Below are positions 19,288 to 29,754 of a stretch of DNA of 64,000 nt, piece by piece; the stretch's first letter is position 1; the number at the start of each line of letters is the position of its first letter. Made by a program: the position numbers and the translations under genes. The DNA is from Candidatus Latescibacterota bacterium (GTDB lineage Bacteria; Latescibacterota; UBA2968; UBA8231). The stretch covers positions 4,608,001 to 4,672,000 of the forward strand of contig OZ252098.1 of assembly GCA_965248355.1 (NCBI GenBank), given 5' to 3'. The notes under the pieces were generated by a model. That model was not told where the DNA came from. It saw only the letters and a list, made by a program, of their open reading frames with translations, and did no database searches.

Positions 19288-21047
19288 GCGACGAACGCGC
19301 CAAGGTGCTGCAGATGCTGGCGGACGGGAAGATCTCGGTGGAGGAGGCCGAGCGGCTGCTCAAGGCCCTCGGGGCGGAGGACCCGCCCCGGCGCGGGGGG
19401 AAGTGGCCCCGGGTGAAGTGGCCGAGGTTCCCCAATCTCGAAGGCCACGTGCCCGTGGAGCTGGAGGACCTCGAGGGCGAGATCCGCGACGGCTTCCAAC
19501 GCGCCCAGCGGACCGTGCGGGCCTCCATGCCGGGGGTGCGCCGCACCGTGCGCGACGCCATCCCCGACGTGGACAACCTGGTGGACGAGGCGTTTGCCGC
19601 CATCCCCGACCTGGGGGAGGCCCTGCACGACGTGGGCCGGACCATCAGCGAGGCCTTCTCCGAGCCCGAAGACGCCGAGGACGACCGCGAGTACGCCTTC
19701 ACCGCCGAGCACAGCCTCTCCGACGAGGCGCCCCTGTCGGCGGGGGAACGCCTGGTGGTGCGCAACCCCCGCGGGTCGATCCAGGTGCGGACCTGGGACC
19801 GGGAGGAGGTCCAGGTGGAGCTGCGCGTCGTCGCCGGCGCCCACAGCGAGGAGACGGCGAGGGCCCGCGCCCGGCGGGTGGGCCTGGGCCTCGACCGCAA
19901 CGAGGGCGCCCTGCGGATCCAGGCCACGGGCACCGGTTCCGTCGACGAGGAGCCGTGCAGGTTGAGCTTTCACTTCGTCCTGCGCGTGCACCCGAAGGTG
20001 ACGGTGGATCTGCGCAACGCCCACGGCGAGGTCGACGTCGCCGGCACTCAGGCCGACGCCCGCGTCGACGCCCGCCACGGCCGCACGACGCTCCACGGCA
20101 TCGGCGGCGACACCGTCCTCCGGCAGCGCCACGGGGAGGCCGACCTGCGCAAGCTGGGGGGCGGTCTCACCCTCGACGCCTATCACTCCAAGGTGGGGGT
20201 GAAGTCGGTGGGGGCCGCGGCCACCCTGCGCCTGCAGCACTCTCCGGCCAGGGTCCGGCGCGTCGAAGGCGCCCTCGAGCTGTCGAGCGGCCACGGGCCG
20301 GTGAGCGTCCGCCGGGTCGGCGGCGAGGCCCGGCTCCGCCTGCGCCACAGTCCCCTGGAGGCCGAGGACCTGGGCGCCGGTCTCTCGGTCGACGGCAGCC
20401 ACTCGCCCATGGCCGTGGCCCGCGTCGCCGGGGACGCGCAGCTGACCACCTCCCACGGCCCCGTAAAGCTCACCGAGGTCGGGCGGGACGCCGTGGTGCG
20501 CGCCAGCCACTCCCCGGTGGCGGCGTCGGCCGTGGGCGGCAAGCTCGTGCTGCGCGGGGCCCGCTCGCCGCTGAAGGCCTCCGCCGTCGGCGGCGGCGCC
20601 ATGGTCCGCAGCGACCGCGGCCCCGTCGAGCTGCGCGAGGTGGCCGGCGGCGTCGCCCTGCGCTCCGGCGGCGGCCGCACCCTCCTCGAGAACCCGGGCT
20701 CGGAGGTCACCGTCCAGAGCCAGCGCGGCGATGTCGAGATCCGCTGGAATCGGCCCGTCGACTCCCCCTGCACGGTGCAGTGCTCCCGAGGCAGCGTCTA
20801 CCTCGGGGTGGCCCGCGATTCGTCGCTGGAGGTGCTCGGGCGCGTGGAGCGCGGCCGGGCGGCCACCGACCTGCCCCTGGAGGTGGCGGCCGACGGCCGC
20901 GGCGGCCACACGGTCAGCGGCCGCCTGGGGTCCGGCGAGGCGGCGATGCAGGTCGAGGTCGACCGGGGCCACCTGTCCCTCATGGCCGCGCCCGCAGAGG
21001 CCGGCGAGGAGGAGGCGGAAACCGCCTCCGCGGGAGAGAGCCGATGA
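19284..21047 (+). CDS. SHOCT-like + DUF4097 beta-repeat protein (LiaX/YvlB-like)
   Basis: MSDERAKVLQMLADGKISVEEAERLL followed by repeats 'V.G.....H(SG)P(VL)'; no signal peptide. Confidence 0.85.
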   Translation: MSDERAKVLQMLADGKISVEEAERLLKALGAEDPPRRGGKWPRVKWPRFPNLEGHVPVELEDLEGEIRDGFQRAQRTVRASMPGVRRTVRDAIPDVDNLVDEAFAAIPDLGEALHDVGRTISEAFSEPEDAEDDREYAFTAEHSLSDEAPLSAGERLVVRNPRGSIQVRTWDREEVQVELRVVAGAHSEETARARARRVGLGLDRNEGALRIQATGTGSVDEEPCRLSFHFVLRVHPKVTVDLRNAHGEVDVAGTQADARVDARHGRTTLHGIGGDTVLRQRHGEADLRKLGGGLTLDAYHSKVGVKSVGAAATLRLQHSPARVRRVEGALELSSGHGPVSVRRVGGEARLRLRHSPLEAEDLGAGLSVDGSHSPMAVARVAGDAQLTTSHGPVKLTEVGRDAVVRASHSPVAASAVGGKLVLRGARSPLKASAVGGGAMVRSDRGPVELREVAGGVALRSGGGRTLLENPGSEVTVQSQRGDVEIRWNRPVDSPCTVQCSRGSVYLGVARDSSLEVLGRVERGRAATDLPLEVAADGRGGHTVSGRLGSGEAAMQVEVDRGHLSLMAAPAEAGEEEAETASAGESR

Positions 21048-23029
21048 TCACCCGGCATCTCTTCCTTATGGCGGCCGGCCTGTGCCTCGCCCTCGAGGCC
21101 GGGGCCGGCGACGTCGACCGCCGCACCGCCAACGACGGACAGGTCGTGCTCGAGAACGTGCCCGAGGTGCCGGCCGAGCTGCGCCAGCGCCTGAACCGCT
21201 ACCTCAACACCCGGGGGGCCGGGGTCCGCGACTGGACCGAGGACGGCGGCGGCCTCTACCTCTCGACCCGCTTCGGCAACGTCTACCAGCTCCACCGCGT
21301 CGACCAGCCCGGCGGCGCCCGCCACCAGCTCACCTTCTTCGAGGAACCCGTGGGCGGCGCCCGGCGGCGTCCCGGCGGCCGCCAGCTGAGCTTCACCATG
21401 GACGCCGGCGGCAACGAGGTCACCCAGATCCACCTCTTCGATCCGGAGACCGGCGATCACCGGATGATCAGCGACGGCCTCTCCCGCCACCGCTCTCCCC
21501 GCTGGAGCCCCGACGGCGAGTGGCTGGCCTTCCAGAGCACCCGCCGTGACGACCGCTCCAACGACGTCTGGGTCATGGACCCGGACGATCCGGAATCCGC
21601 CCGCCTCGTGGTCGAGTCGCCCGACGGCACCTGGTGGGGGCCCATGGACTGGAGCGCCGACGGCGGCCGGCTGCTCATCGCCAACTACGTGAGCATCGCC
21701 GACTCGCGCATCCACCTGCTGGACCTGGCCAGCGGCGAGCTGACCCTCGTGGCCGGCGATCCCGAGAGCCCCGTCAGCGTCCTCGGCGCCGGCGGCTGGT
21801 TCGACGGCGACGACGGGGGCGTGTTCTTCGCCACCGACGAGGACGGCGACTTCCGGCAGCTCGCCCACCTGGACCTGGCCACCGGAGAGCGCACCCTCAT
21901 CACCGCCGGCATCCCCTGGGACGTGGACGACTTCGAGCTCAGCGACGACGGGGAGCGGGCGGTCTTCGCGGTCAACGAGGGGGGCCTCTCCCGACTCTAC
22001 CTGCTCGACCCGCGGAGCCTGGAGTACCGGCCGGTGGAGGGCCTGCCCGTCGGCCTGGCGGGCGGCCTCGACTTCAGTCCCGACGGTTCGCGGCTGGCCA
22101 TGACCCTCAACACCGCCCGCACCCCGAGCGACGTCTTCACCCTCGACCTGGGCGAGGGCCCCCTCGAGCATGGCGACCTCGTGCGCTGGACCTGGAGCGA
22201 GGTGGGCGGCCTCGACACGGACGCCTTCGTCGAGCCCCGGCTCGTCCACTACCCCACCTTCGACGACCGGGAGATCCCGGCCTTCCTCTACCAGCCCGCC
22301 GGCGACGGCCCCTTCCCCGTGATCGTCTACATCCACGGCGGGCCCGAGTCCCAGTACCGCCCCTCCTTCAGCGCCACCTTCCAGGGCTGGATCGCCGAGC
22401 TCGGCGCCGCCGTCATCGCCCCCAACGTGCGCGGCTCCAACGGCTACGGGAAGGCTTACGTCGGCCTCGACAACGGCATGGGCCGCGAGGACTCGGTGCG
22501 CGACATCGGCGCCCTCCTCGACTGGATCGCGGCGCAGCCCGGCCTCGACGGGTCGCGCGTCGCCGTGTACGGGGGCAGCTACGGCGGCTACATGGTCCTG
22601 GCCAGCCTCGTGCACTACGGCGACCGCCTGCGGGCCGGCGTCGAGATCGTCGGCATCAGCAACTTCGTCACCTTCCTGAAGAACACGAAGGCCTATCGGC
22701 GCGACCTGCGGCGGGTGGAGTACGGCGACGAGCGGGATCCGGAGATGGAGGCCCACCTGCAGGAGATCAGCCCCCTCAACAACGCCGACCGGATCACGGC
22801 GCCGCTGTTTGTCGCCCACGGCCAGAACGACCCGCGCGTGCCGGTCACCGAGGCCGGGCAGATCGTCGCCGAGGTCCGCGGCGCCGGGTACGACGTCTGG
22901 TTCATGAACGCCCTCGACGAGGGCCACGGGTACCGCAAGAAGGAGAACTCGGACCTCTACCGGCAGATCGTGGTCATGTTCCTGCGCAGGCACCTGCTCG
23001 GCGAGCCGGCCGATCCGGGCGACGGGTGA
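21044..23029 (+). CDS. S9 family (prolyl oligopeptidase-like) peptidase, secreted
   Basis: Signal peptide, WD40-like propeller, IHGGPE, GGSYGG nucleophile, NDPRVP, EGHG. Confidence 0.93.
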   Translation: MITRHLFLMAAGLCLALEAGAGDVDRRTANDGQVVLENVPEVPAELRQRLNRYLNTRGAGVRDWTEDGGGLYLSTRFGNVYQLHRVDQPGGARHQLTFFEEPVGGARRRPGGRQLSFTMDAGGNEVTQIHLFDPETGDHRMISDGLSRHRSPRWSPDGEWLAFQSTRRDDRSNDVWVMDPDDPESARLVVESPDGTWWGPMDWSADGGRLLIANYVSIADSRIHLLDLASGELTLVAGDPESPVSVLGAGGWFDGDDGGVFFATDEDGDFRQLAHLDLATGERTLITAGIPWDVDDFELSDDGERAVFAVNEGGLSRLYLLDPRSLEYRPVEGLPVGLAGGLDFSPDGSRLAMTLNTARTPSDVFTLDLGEGPLEHGDLVRWTWSEVGGLDTDAFVEPRLVHYPTFDDREIPAFLYQPAGDGPFPVIVYIHGGPESQYRPSFSATFQGWIAELGAAVIAPNVRGSNGYGKAYVGLDNGMGREDSVRDIGALLDWIAAQPGLDGSRVAVYGGSYGGYMVLASLVHYGDRLRAGVEIVGISNFVTFLKNTKAYRRDLRRVEYGDERDPEMEAHLQEISPLNNADRITAPLFVAHGQNDPRVPVTEAGQIVAEVRGAGYDVWFMNALDEGHGYRKKENSDLYRQIVVMFLRRHLLGEPADPGDG

Positions 23030-24162
23030 GCAGGAGGGGGTCCGTCCGGCGGAAGGAGAGTTCCGCAAGGCAGGCCCAGCTCTGGACGGCTTCCGCCCTC
23101 GACGGCACCCAGGACATCCTGCAAGGGGAGCTGGCCCGGCGCTTCGGAGAGGAGTGCCTCCTCGTCCCCCACGACCGGCCGGACGAGGTCCACTTCACCT
23201 TTGCGGGAGAGCCGGAGAGGCTGCTCTCCCTGGCCACGGCCCAGAGCCTGCTGCTGCGCCGGGACTTCGCCGTGCAGCGGCCCCGCACCCTTCTGAGCCC
23301 GGAGCACATGACCGCCCTCGTGGAGCTGATCCGCCGCGCCCAGGGCCTGGGGCGCCCCCCCACCGGGTTCCGCTTCGACGCCGCCGGCGCCGGGTCGCCC
23401 ACCATGCGCCGCATCGCCGCGCGTCTGGAGGAGCGCCTCGGCATGCCCTGGGAGCCGGAGGCGGGGGACTGCCTGATCGCCTTCCGGCCAGGGCGCCGGG
23501 GCTGGGAGGTGCTCTGCCGGGTGGGGAACCGCCCCCTGGCCTCCAGGGCCTGGCGGCGGGTCGACTGGCCCGTCAGCCTGAACGCCGTCATCGCCGCCTG
23601 CATGGTGGAGCTGACCCGCCCCCGGCGGGAGCAGCGCTGCCTCAACCTCATGTGCGGGGGCGGGACCCTGCTGATCGAGCGGCTCCTGCGGCGGGGCGCC
23701 GGCGCCGCCGTGGGCCTCGACATCTCCCGCGAGGCCCTGGCCGCCAGCCGCGGGAACCTGGCCGCCGCCGGTCTGGCGGAGCGGGTGCAGCTGGTCCACG
23801 GCGATGCCCGCGCCACGGGATTCCCCGGCGCCTCCTTCGACGCTCTGACCGCCGACCTGCCGTGGGGGGAGCTTCAGGGATCCCACGGGACCAACCGGGA
23901 CCTCTATGGCGCCACCCTCGCGGAGGCCGGGCGCCTGTGCCGCCCCGGCGGGATCCTGGTCGTGCTGACGCAGGACATCCCCGCGCTGCAGGCGGCCCTC
24001 GCGGAGCTGCGCCCGGCGTGGGCGGTCCTCGACGAGCGGCGGATCGTGCAGCGGGGCTACCGCCCCCTCTGCCTGACCCTGCAGAGGAGGGCGGTAGGGG
24101 TCTCGGCGCCGGGTGTGACTCGGGTGCGCGGCCACCCCGGAGGCGCCGGCGAGGCCTGCTAG
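23026..24162 (+). CDS. THUMP-type RNA methyltransferase (class I SAM-dependent)
   Basis: GTGA overlap; '[11 protein letters not shown]', [12 protein letters not shown], 'ADLPWG', 'LYGATL'. Confidence 0.8.
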   Translation: MSRRGSVRRKESSARQAQLWTASALDGTQDILQGELARRFGEECLLVPHDRPDEVHFTFAGEPERLLSLATAQSLLLRRDFAVQRPRTLLSPEHMTALVELIRRAQGLGRPPTGFRFDAAGAGSPTMRRIAARLEERLGMPWEPEAGDCLIAFRPGRRGWEVLCRVGNRPLASRAWRRVDWPVSLNAVIAACMVELTRPRREQRCLNLMCGGGTLLIERLLRRGAGAAVGLDISREALAASRGNLAAAGLAERVQLVHGDARATGFPGASFDALTADLPWGELQGSHGTNRDLYGATLAEAGRLCRPGGILVVLTQDIPALQAALAELRPAWAVLDERRIVQRGYRPLCLTLQRRAVGVSAPGVTRVRGHPGGAGEAC

Positions 24163-25508
24163 TACTTGTAGTGCTCCGCCTTGTACGGCCCCCCCGCCTT
24201 GATCCCCAGGTAGCCCGCCTGCCCGCCGCTGAGGCGGTCGAGCCGGATCCCCAGCTTCTTCAGGTGCAGCCGCGCCACCTGCTCGTCCAGCTCCTTCGGC
24301 AGGCGGTAGACGCCGACCTCGTGCCCGCGGTTGAACAGCTCGATCTGGGCTAGCACCTGGTTGCAGAACGACATGGACATGACGAAGGAGGGGTGGCCGG
24401 TGGCGCAGCCGAGGTTGACCAGGCGGCCCTCGGCCAGCAGCAGGATGGAGTGGCCGTCGGGGAAGGTGTACTCGTCGACCTGGGGCTTGATCTCCGTGTG
24501 CCGGATGCCCGGGAACTTCTGCAGCTCCTCCACCTGGATCTCCACGTCGAAGTGGCCGATGTTGCAGACGATGGCGCCGTCCTTCATGGCCTTCATGTGC
24601 TCGATGGTGATCACGTCGCGGCAGCCGGTGGTGGTGACGAAGATGTCCCCCTCCTTCGCCGCCTGCTTCATGGGCATCACCTCCAGGCCCTCCATGGCCG
24701 CCTGCAGGGCGCAGATCGGATCGACCTCGGTGACGATGACGCGGGCGCCGAAGCTCTTCATGGAGCCCACCGAGCCCTTGCCCACGTCTCCGTACCCGGC
24801 GACGATCACGGTCTTGCCCGCCGTCATGATGTCGGTGGCGCGCTTGATGCCGTCGAGGAGTGACTCCCGGCAGCCGTAGAGGTTGTCGAACTTCGACTTG
24901 GTCACCGAGTCGTTGACGTTGATGGCCGGGATCTTCAGGCGGCCCTCCTCCAGCCGCCGGTAGAGGCTGTGGACGCCGGTGGTCGTCTCCTCCGAGGTGC
25001 CGCGGATCTCCGGCAGCAGCTCGGGGCGCTCGTCGTGGACCCAGCCCGTCAGGTCGCCGCCGTCGTCGAGGATCATGTTGGGCCCCTGGCCGCCGGGCCA
25101 GTTCAGGGTCTGGTCCGTGCACCACCAGTACTCCTTCTCCGTCTCCCCCTTCCAGGCGAAGACCGGCGTGCCCGTGGCGGCGATCGCCGCCGCCGCGTGG
25201 TCCTGGGTGGAGAAGATGTTGCACGAGCACCAGCGCACCTCGGCGCCGAGGGCCTGCAGGGTCTCGATGAGCACCGCTGTCTGGATCGTCATGTGCAGGG
25301 AGCCGGCGATGCGCGCCCCCTTCAGGGGCTTCTCCTCGCCGTACTCCTCGCGCAGGGCCATGAGGCCCGGCATCTCCCGCTCGGCCAGGCGGATCTCCTT
25401 GCGGCCCCATCCGGCCAGCCCGATGTCCGCCACTCTGTAATCGTCGGCCCGCCCGTTTCGGCCCTTCGCCTTGCGGGTCTTGCGTGCTGGGGTCGCGGCT
25501 TTGCTCAT
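24159..25508 (-). CDS. ahcY: Adenosylhomocysteinase
   Basis: [57 protein letters not shown]. Confidence 0.98.
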   Translation of the reverse strand: MSKAATPARKTRKAKGRNGRADDYRVADIGLAGWGRKEIRLAEREMPGLMALREEYGEEKPLKGARIAGSLHMTIQTAVLIETLQALGAEVRWCSCNIFSTQDHAAAAIAATGTPVFAWKGETEKEYWWCTDQTLNWPGGQGPNMILDDGGDLTGWVHDERPELLPEIRGTSEETTTGVHSLYRRLEEGRLKIPAINVNDSVTKSKFDNLYGCRESLLDGIKRATDIMTAGKTVIVAGYGDVGKGSVGSMKSFGARVIVTEVDPICALQAAMEGLEVMPMKQAAKEGDIFVTTTGCRDVITIEHMKAMKDGAIVCNIGHFDVEIQVEELQKFPGIRHTEIKPQVDEYTFPDGHSILLLAEGRLVNLGCATGHPSFVMSMSFCNQVLAQIELFNRGHEVGVYRLPKELDEQVARLHLKKLGIRLDRLSGGQAGYLGIKAGGPYKAEHYKY

Positions 25509-26434
25509 GGTTTCCGTCCTCTGAATGTGATGAGTTGAATCGCTTCTGAATCCGGGGCGGCGGTGCCGGCCTCGATCACTTCAAAGCCGGCCGTCTCGAG
25601 CCAGCTGCGCATCTGGTCGGGCTGGAACCCGAGCCACAGATCGGCCAGTTGGTCGCGCAGGCTCTCGTCGGTGTGCGGGGCGAGGTCGATCAGCGCCAGC
25701 TCCCCGCCCGAGGCCAGGGCCCGCCCGGCCTCCTTGAGGGCCTGGGGGGGCGCCGACACGTGGTGCAGGACCATGCAGGCCAGCACCGCGTCGGCCTCGC
25801 CGTCGGCCACGGGAAGGTGCTCCAGATCCCCGAGGCGGAAGTCGCACCGGTGGGCCTCGTCGCCCGCCGACTTGCGCGCCAGGTCGAGCATGGTCGTGGA
25901 GGAGTCGACGGCGATGACCCGCCCGGCGCGCTCCAGCAGGGCGGGCAGCATCAGGCCCGAGCCGGTGCCGAGGTCGAGGATCGTGCCGGCCTGAGCGGGA
26001 AGGACCGAGAGCGCCACGCGGCGGTAGTAGGTGCCGTCGAGGGAGCGGTGGCGCAGCTCGTCGCCGGGGGAGAGGCTGTCGAAGAAGCTGCGCGTCTGCT
26101 CGCGGCGGCGCTCCACCGCCGTCTCCAGCCGCTGCACGTCGGCCTCGTAGTGGGGCATCTCGCGCTCGTGCCCGTCCAGCAGCGCCAGGGTGTGGGCCAC
26201 CAGCGGGGATGCCCCGTCCGCGGCGCGCTCGTAGTAGATCCAGGTGCCCTCGCGCCGGCTGGTCACCAGCCCCGCCTCGGCGAGGATGCGCAGGTGGCGG
26301 GAGATGCGGCTCTGCCCCATGCGCAGGATGCCCAGGATCTCGTTGACGTTCAGCGGCCCCCGCGCCAGCAGGCGCATGAGGCGCAGCCGCGTCTCGTCGG
26401 CGAGGGCCTTGTGGATCTGCAGCAGCTCGGGCAC
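25505..26434 (-). CDS. sahR: ArsR-HTH + methyltransferase regulator (SahR)
   Basis: [34 protein letters not shown]; translationally coupled to ahcY. Confidence 0.9.
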   Translation of the reverse strand: MPELLQIHKALADETRLRLMRLLARGPLNVNEILGILRMGQSRISRHLRILAEAGLVTSRREGTWIYYERAADGASPLVAHTLALLDGHEREMPHYEADVQRLETAVERRREQTRSFFDSLSPGDELRHRSLDGTYYRRVALSVLPAQAGTILDLGTGSGLMLPALLERAGRVIAVDSSTTMLDLARKSAGDEAHRCDFRLGDLEHLPVADGEADAVLACMVLHHVSAPPQALKEAGRALASGGELALIDLAPHTDESLRDQLADLWLGFQPDQMRSWLETAGFEVIEAGTAAPDSEAIQLITFRGRKP

Positions 26435-26503
26435 GGGGAAGGTCGGCGAGCGGGTTGGGGATCCTTGCGGAGGGAGGGCAGAATGTAGGGCAGGGGGAGC
26501 AAT

Positions 26504-26523
26504 ATATCAAGATTTATTGATGT
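26504..26523. promoter_or_regulatory. SahR operator
   Basis: ATATCAA-gattta-TTGATGT near-perfect inverted repeat about 70 nt upstream of sahR. Confidence 0.8.
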
Positions 26524-26616
26524 ATTCGGGTGGAGCAGAGGCCTGGCTCTGGAATCCGCAGAGGATCGTCACGTACCTTGAACTTGCCTGAACCGCAAAT
26601 CTGCAGGAGTCCAGCA

Positions 26617-27692
26617 ATGAGCAACCAGGGGACCGCCGGGGCAACATCCCCGCGGCTGAGCGGGCAGCAGTACCGCGAGCTGTTCGAAGAGTCGCACGAC
26701 GCCATATTGATCATCGCGCGGGACGGGGTCATTCTCGACGCCAACCACGCGGCGAGCGAGTTGTTCGCCTGGCCCCATGCCGACTTCATCGGCATGAACG
26801 TCCGCCGCATCTACGCCAATGCCAAGGACCGTGAGCGCTTCCAGGAACAGATCGAGCGCGAGGGGTACGTCCGCGACTTCGAAGTCGTCTGCGTTACCCG
26901 CGATGCGCGGCGGCTGGACTGCCTGATCACCACCGTGGTGCGGCGCGCCGCCGACGGCAGCGTCAGCGGGTACCAGGGCATCGTCCGCGACGTCAGCGAG
27001 CGCAAGCAGCTGGAGCGGGAGCGGCGCGAGTACCATGACCAGTTGCGCTCGCTGGCTACCGAGCTCGTGGTGATCGAAGACCGCGAGCGGCGCCGCATCG
27101 CCCTCAATCTGCACGACCGCATCGGGCAGATCCTGGCCGTGTCGCAGATCAAGGTCGAGGCGCTGCGCCAGGCAGCCGGGGACAGCGAGCGTCAAGTCCT
27201 CCTCAATGACCTGCACGGGCTTCTCGACCGGATGAACGAGGACGTGCGCTCGCTGATATCCGACCTCAGCCCCCCCGTGCTTCATGACTTGGGGCTCGTC
27301 CCCGGAGTGCAATGGCTCGCCGGGAAACTCGAAGAGGAGCTGGGTCTGCGGGTGCGTGTTGAGAGCGAGGGGGACTGCGAGGTCCCGGACAAGGATCTGC
27401 GCGCTTCGCTTTTCCGCTGCATTCGCGAGCTACTGCTGAACGTCACTCGGCACGCCGGCACGGAGGCCGCGCGTGTCTCCCTGCGCCGCGAGGAGACTGA
27501 ACTGAGCGTGGTCGTGGAGGACAGCGGCCGGGGCTTCGACCCCTTGCATCCCGAGGGCCTCGGCACCGGTACGGTTTCGGCCTGTTCAGTATCCGGGAGT
27601 GCATGACCCAGGCGGGCGGCTCCTTCCACATCGAATCGACACCGGGCCAGGGGACCCGCTGCCAGCTGACGGTCCCTGGGCCGGGGCGGTAA
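26617..27692 (+). pseudogene. PAS sensor histidine kinase (HisKA_3), frameshift near 27570
   Basis: ERRRIALNLHDRIGQ, ELLLNVTRHA, EDSGRGFD; G2 box 'YGFGLFSIRE...PGQGTR' in another frame ending at TAA 27692. Confidence 0.85.
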
Positions 27693-27704
27693 GAAAGGCT
27701 CCCG

Positions 27705-28117
27705 ATGACGACGCGCGTGGCGCTGGTGGATGATCACGAACTGGTGCGCGACGGTTGCGCGCGCTGTTGGCAAAGGACAGCGAGTTCGAGGTAGTCGGCG
27801 AGGCGGAAACCGCCCGGCAGGCCATCGAGGTGGTGGCCGCCCGCAGACCGGAGGTTGTGGTCATGGATGTCGCCCTCCCTGATCTGAGCGGAGTCGAAGC
27901 GACGAGGCAGGTGCTGGCCCACGCCCCGGGCGTGAAGGTGGTGGCCCTGTCCGTGCACGCCGACCAGCAATACGTGGCCGGCATGCTGCAGGCGGGCGCC
28001 TCGGCGTACGTGCTGAAAGAGGAGGCCGCCGTCGAGTTGCTGAAGGCGATCCGGTCCGCCCTGGCCGGTCGCACCTACCTGAGCCCGGAACTGGCCAGTT
28101 CCTGGAGGATTTCCTGA
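27705..28117 (+). pseudogene. NarL-type response regulator receiver domain, frameshifted, no HTH
   Basis: MTTRVALVDDHELVRDG, then a shift at GGTTGCGC into LRALL...VVVMDV...AYVLK; ends right after YLSPEL. Confidence 0.85.
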
Positions 28118-28461
28118 GTGGCATCCCCGAGGCGACCAACCTCGACCTCATGGCCGTCCTCGCGCAGCCGACGCCCTACCAGATCGCCGGCGACACCATG
28201 ACCATCCTCGGAGAGGAACAGGGAGCGGGCTTCGACGATGTAGCCGATGCCGTACCAGCAGCGGGAGTACGGGTCCTCCAGCTCCGGCGGCGTGAAGGTA
28301 AGCTCGACGTAGGCGCTCCGGCCCACGGGCCGGGCCGACAGGTCCGTGACGCCCCCCAGCTCGACGTCCCAGTGGCGCCAGCACTCGAAGTCGTCCACGA
28401 TGGGGCCGCTTGTGGGCTTGGAGCAGCCGCCCAGCACCAGGACCAACAGCAGGCGTCTCAC
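28075..28461 (-). CDS. Putative lipoprotein, C-terminus possibly chimeric
   Basis: GTG start; lipobox LGGC after 'RRLLLVLV'. Confidence 0.5.
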   Translation of the reverse strand: MRRLLLVLVLGGCSKPTSGPIVDDFECWRHWDVELGGVTDLSARPVGRSAYVELTFTPPELEDPYSRCWYGIGYIVEARSLFLSEDGHGVAGDLVGRRLREDGHEVEVGRLGDATQEILQELASSGLR

Positions 28462-28830
28462 GCCTCGTCTTCGCAGCCGTGGGGGCCGTCGTGCCAGCGG
28501 ACCACCCGCCAGACACCGGACGAGTCCGCCTCCACCCGGATCGACATCTCCTGCTCCACGTGGGTCAGGGAGTAGCGGGTGCGAAACAGGTGCATCTCCG
28601 CCGGTCCGGTGAAGGTCCGGGAGGTGTGTCCGTCGCTGAGCCAGGGATCGCGCAGGGTCCAGGTGATGCCGAGGTAGTGGTCGAAGACGCCGGAGGCGAC
28701 GTCTCCAGCGTCCCAAACGACCTCGTGGTCCCCGGCCTCCCGGAACCTGTCCACCAAGGTACGCACCGGTTGGCCAATGGCGTTGTAGATCACCAGTCGC
28801 ACGTGGCCAGGCTCGACCAGGCGATATGGG
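28458..28830 (-). pseudogene. FlgD-Ig/secretion C-terminal-domain fragment fused to an unrelated C-terminus
   Basis: 'VRLVIYNAIGQPVRTLVD..REAGDHEVVWDA..VASGV' then an abrupt change of sequence character. Confidence 0.6.
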
Positions 28831-29131
28831 ACTTGCGTCGTGGCCCCTCTCAGCCGGTTTCCGCCTGCGCTCGCGCGGCCTCCTGAGTGGATACTATGAA
28901 GTCCGTTACCGCTACCTGGGACTCGTGAATACGACCCAAGGGGTTGAGCGCCACTTCAATCTCGGGGGGTTCTTCCAATACCGGTGGCCAGTCGGTCCCA
29001 CCTGCGGCTTTCCTCGCCCTGCTCTTCCTGGTGGCCGCCGGGGTCTCGGCCTTGCCCGCAGTTCGGCCTCCTCCCTGGTGATGCTGGTCACCGGGGGGAC
29101 CGTGCTCATGGTCGTCTCTTGCGCTTGGACT

Positions 29132-29380
29132 TCATGGGGTTCCCTCCAGATAGCGGTCGAGGCGGTCGTTGACGCGGTCGATGCGGCCGCCCAGATCGGC
29201 GTTGACGCGGTCGATGCGGCTACCCAGATCGGCGTTGACGCGGTCGATGCGGCTACCCAGATCATGGCGCTGGTCTCGGATCTCGGTGCGCAGATCCCGG
29301 ATCTCCGTGCGCATGAAGCGCCATAGCGCCAAGCCGACGGCCACGACCAAGGTCGGGGTGATCCAGTCGATTCCTGTCAT
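29132..29380 (-). CDS. Small membrane-anchored coiled-coil protein (82 aa) with hendecad repeats
   Basis: TM helix, TEIRD x2, DLG(S/G)RIDRVN x3, ends RLDRYLEGTP. Confidence 0.75.
   Translation of the reverse strand: MTGIDWITPTLVVAVGLALWRFMRTEIRDLRTEIRDQRHDLGSRIDRVNADLGSRIDRVNADLGGRIDRVNDRLDRYLEGTP
29167..29313. repeat. 33-bp x3 and 21-bp x2 coding tandem repeats
   Basis: CGTTGACGCGGTCGATGCGGCyrCCCAGATCGG x3 (29167-29263); CGGATCTCsGTGCGCA x2. Confidence 0.9.
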
Positions 29381-29537
29381 GAGTCGTTCCCTCCGCAAAG
29401 CGTGGGATGTGGGGTAGAAGTTACTGACCGGCGACTCCTTGAGGCAGTCGCAGCACCTTGCAGCGAAGCCCGGCTTCGGTGGGCCGCTGGCTTCGCTGCC
29501 ATCGCTGCCATCGGCAGGGCGTAGAGATCGACCTGGG

Positions 29538-29729
29538 TCACGTAGACTTCGCTGCGCGCTTGTCGACTTCGCCCGCGGAGGCGGTCTCGAAGAACAAGGT
29601 GAGCGCCTCGGCCAGGTTGTCGCGCGCTTCGGCCACGGTGTCTCCCTGGCTGGCGACGTCAAGTTCGGGGCACAGGGCGACGTATCCGTCCCCTTCGCGT
29701 TCAACGATGGCGGTCAGCTGTCTGGTCAT
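29538..29729 (-). CDS. hicB: HicB-family antitoxin, short and orphan
   Basis: LTAIVEREGDGYVALCPELDVASQGDTVAEARDNLAEAL; no hicA recognisable beside it. Confidence 0.85.
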   Translation of the reverse strand: MTRQLTAIVEREGDGYVALCPELDVASQGDTVAEARDNLAEALTLFFETASAGEVDKRAAKST

Positions 29730-29754
29730 GCCGTCTCCTGCAGGGGTGTAGCCA

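Noticed and set aside
19403..21043. N-terminal half of the 1208-aa ORF, and similar Arg/Pro-rich extensions of ORFs 13544, 21634, 8630, 30435 and 48077
   Set aside because: Off-frame read-through of neighbouring genes; the real starts are marked by RBS or ATGA/GTGA overlaps.
25500..25560. SAH/SAM riboswitch before ahcY
   Set aside because: ahcY overlaps the sahR stop, leaving no leader; the SahR box explains regulation.
29167..29263. 33-bp repeats as a CRISPR array
   Set aside because: Head-to-tail with no spacers, in frame within a CDS, and no cas genes.
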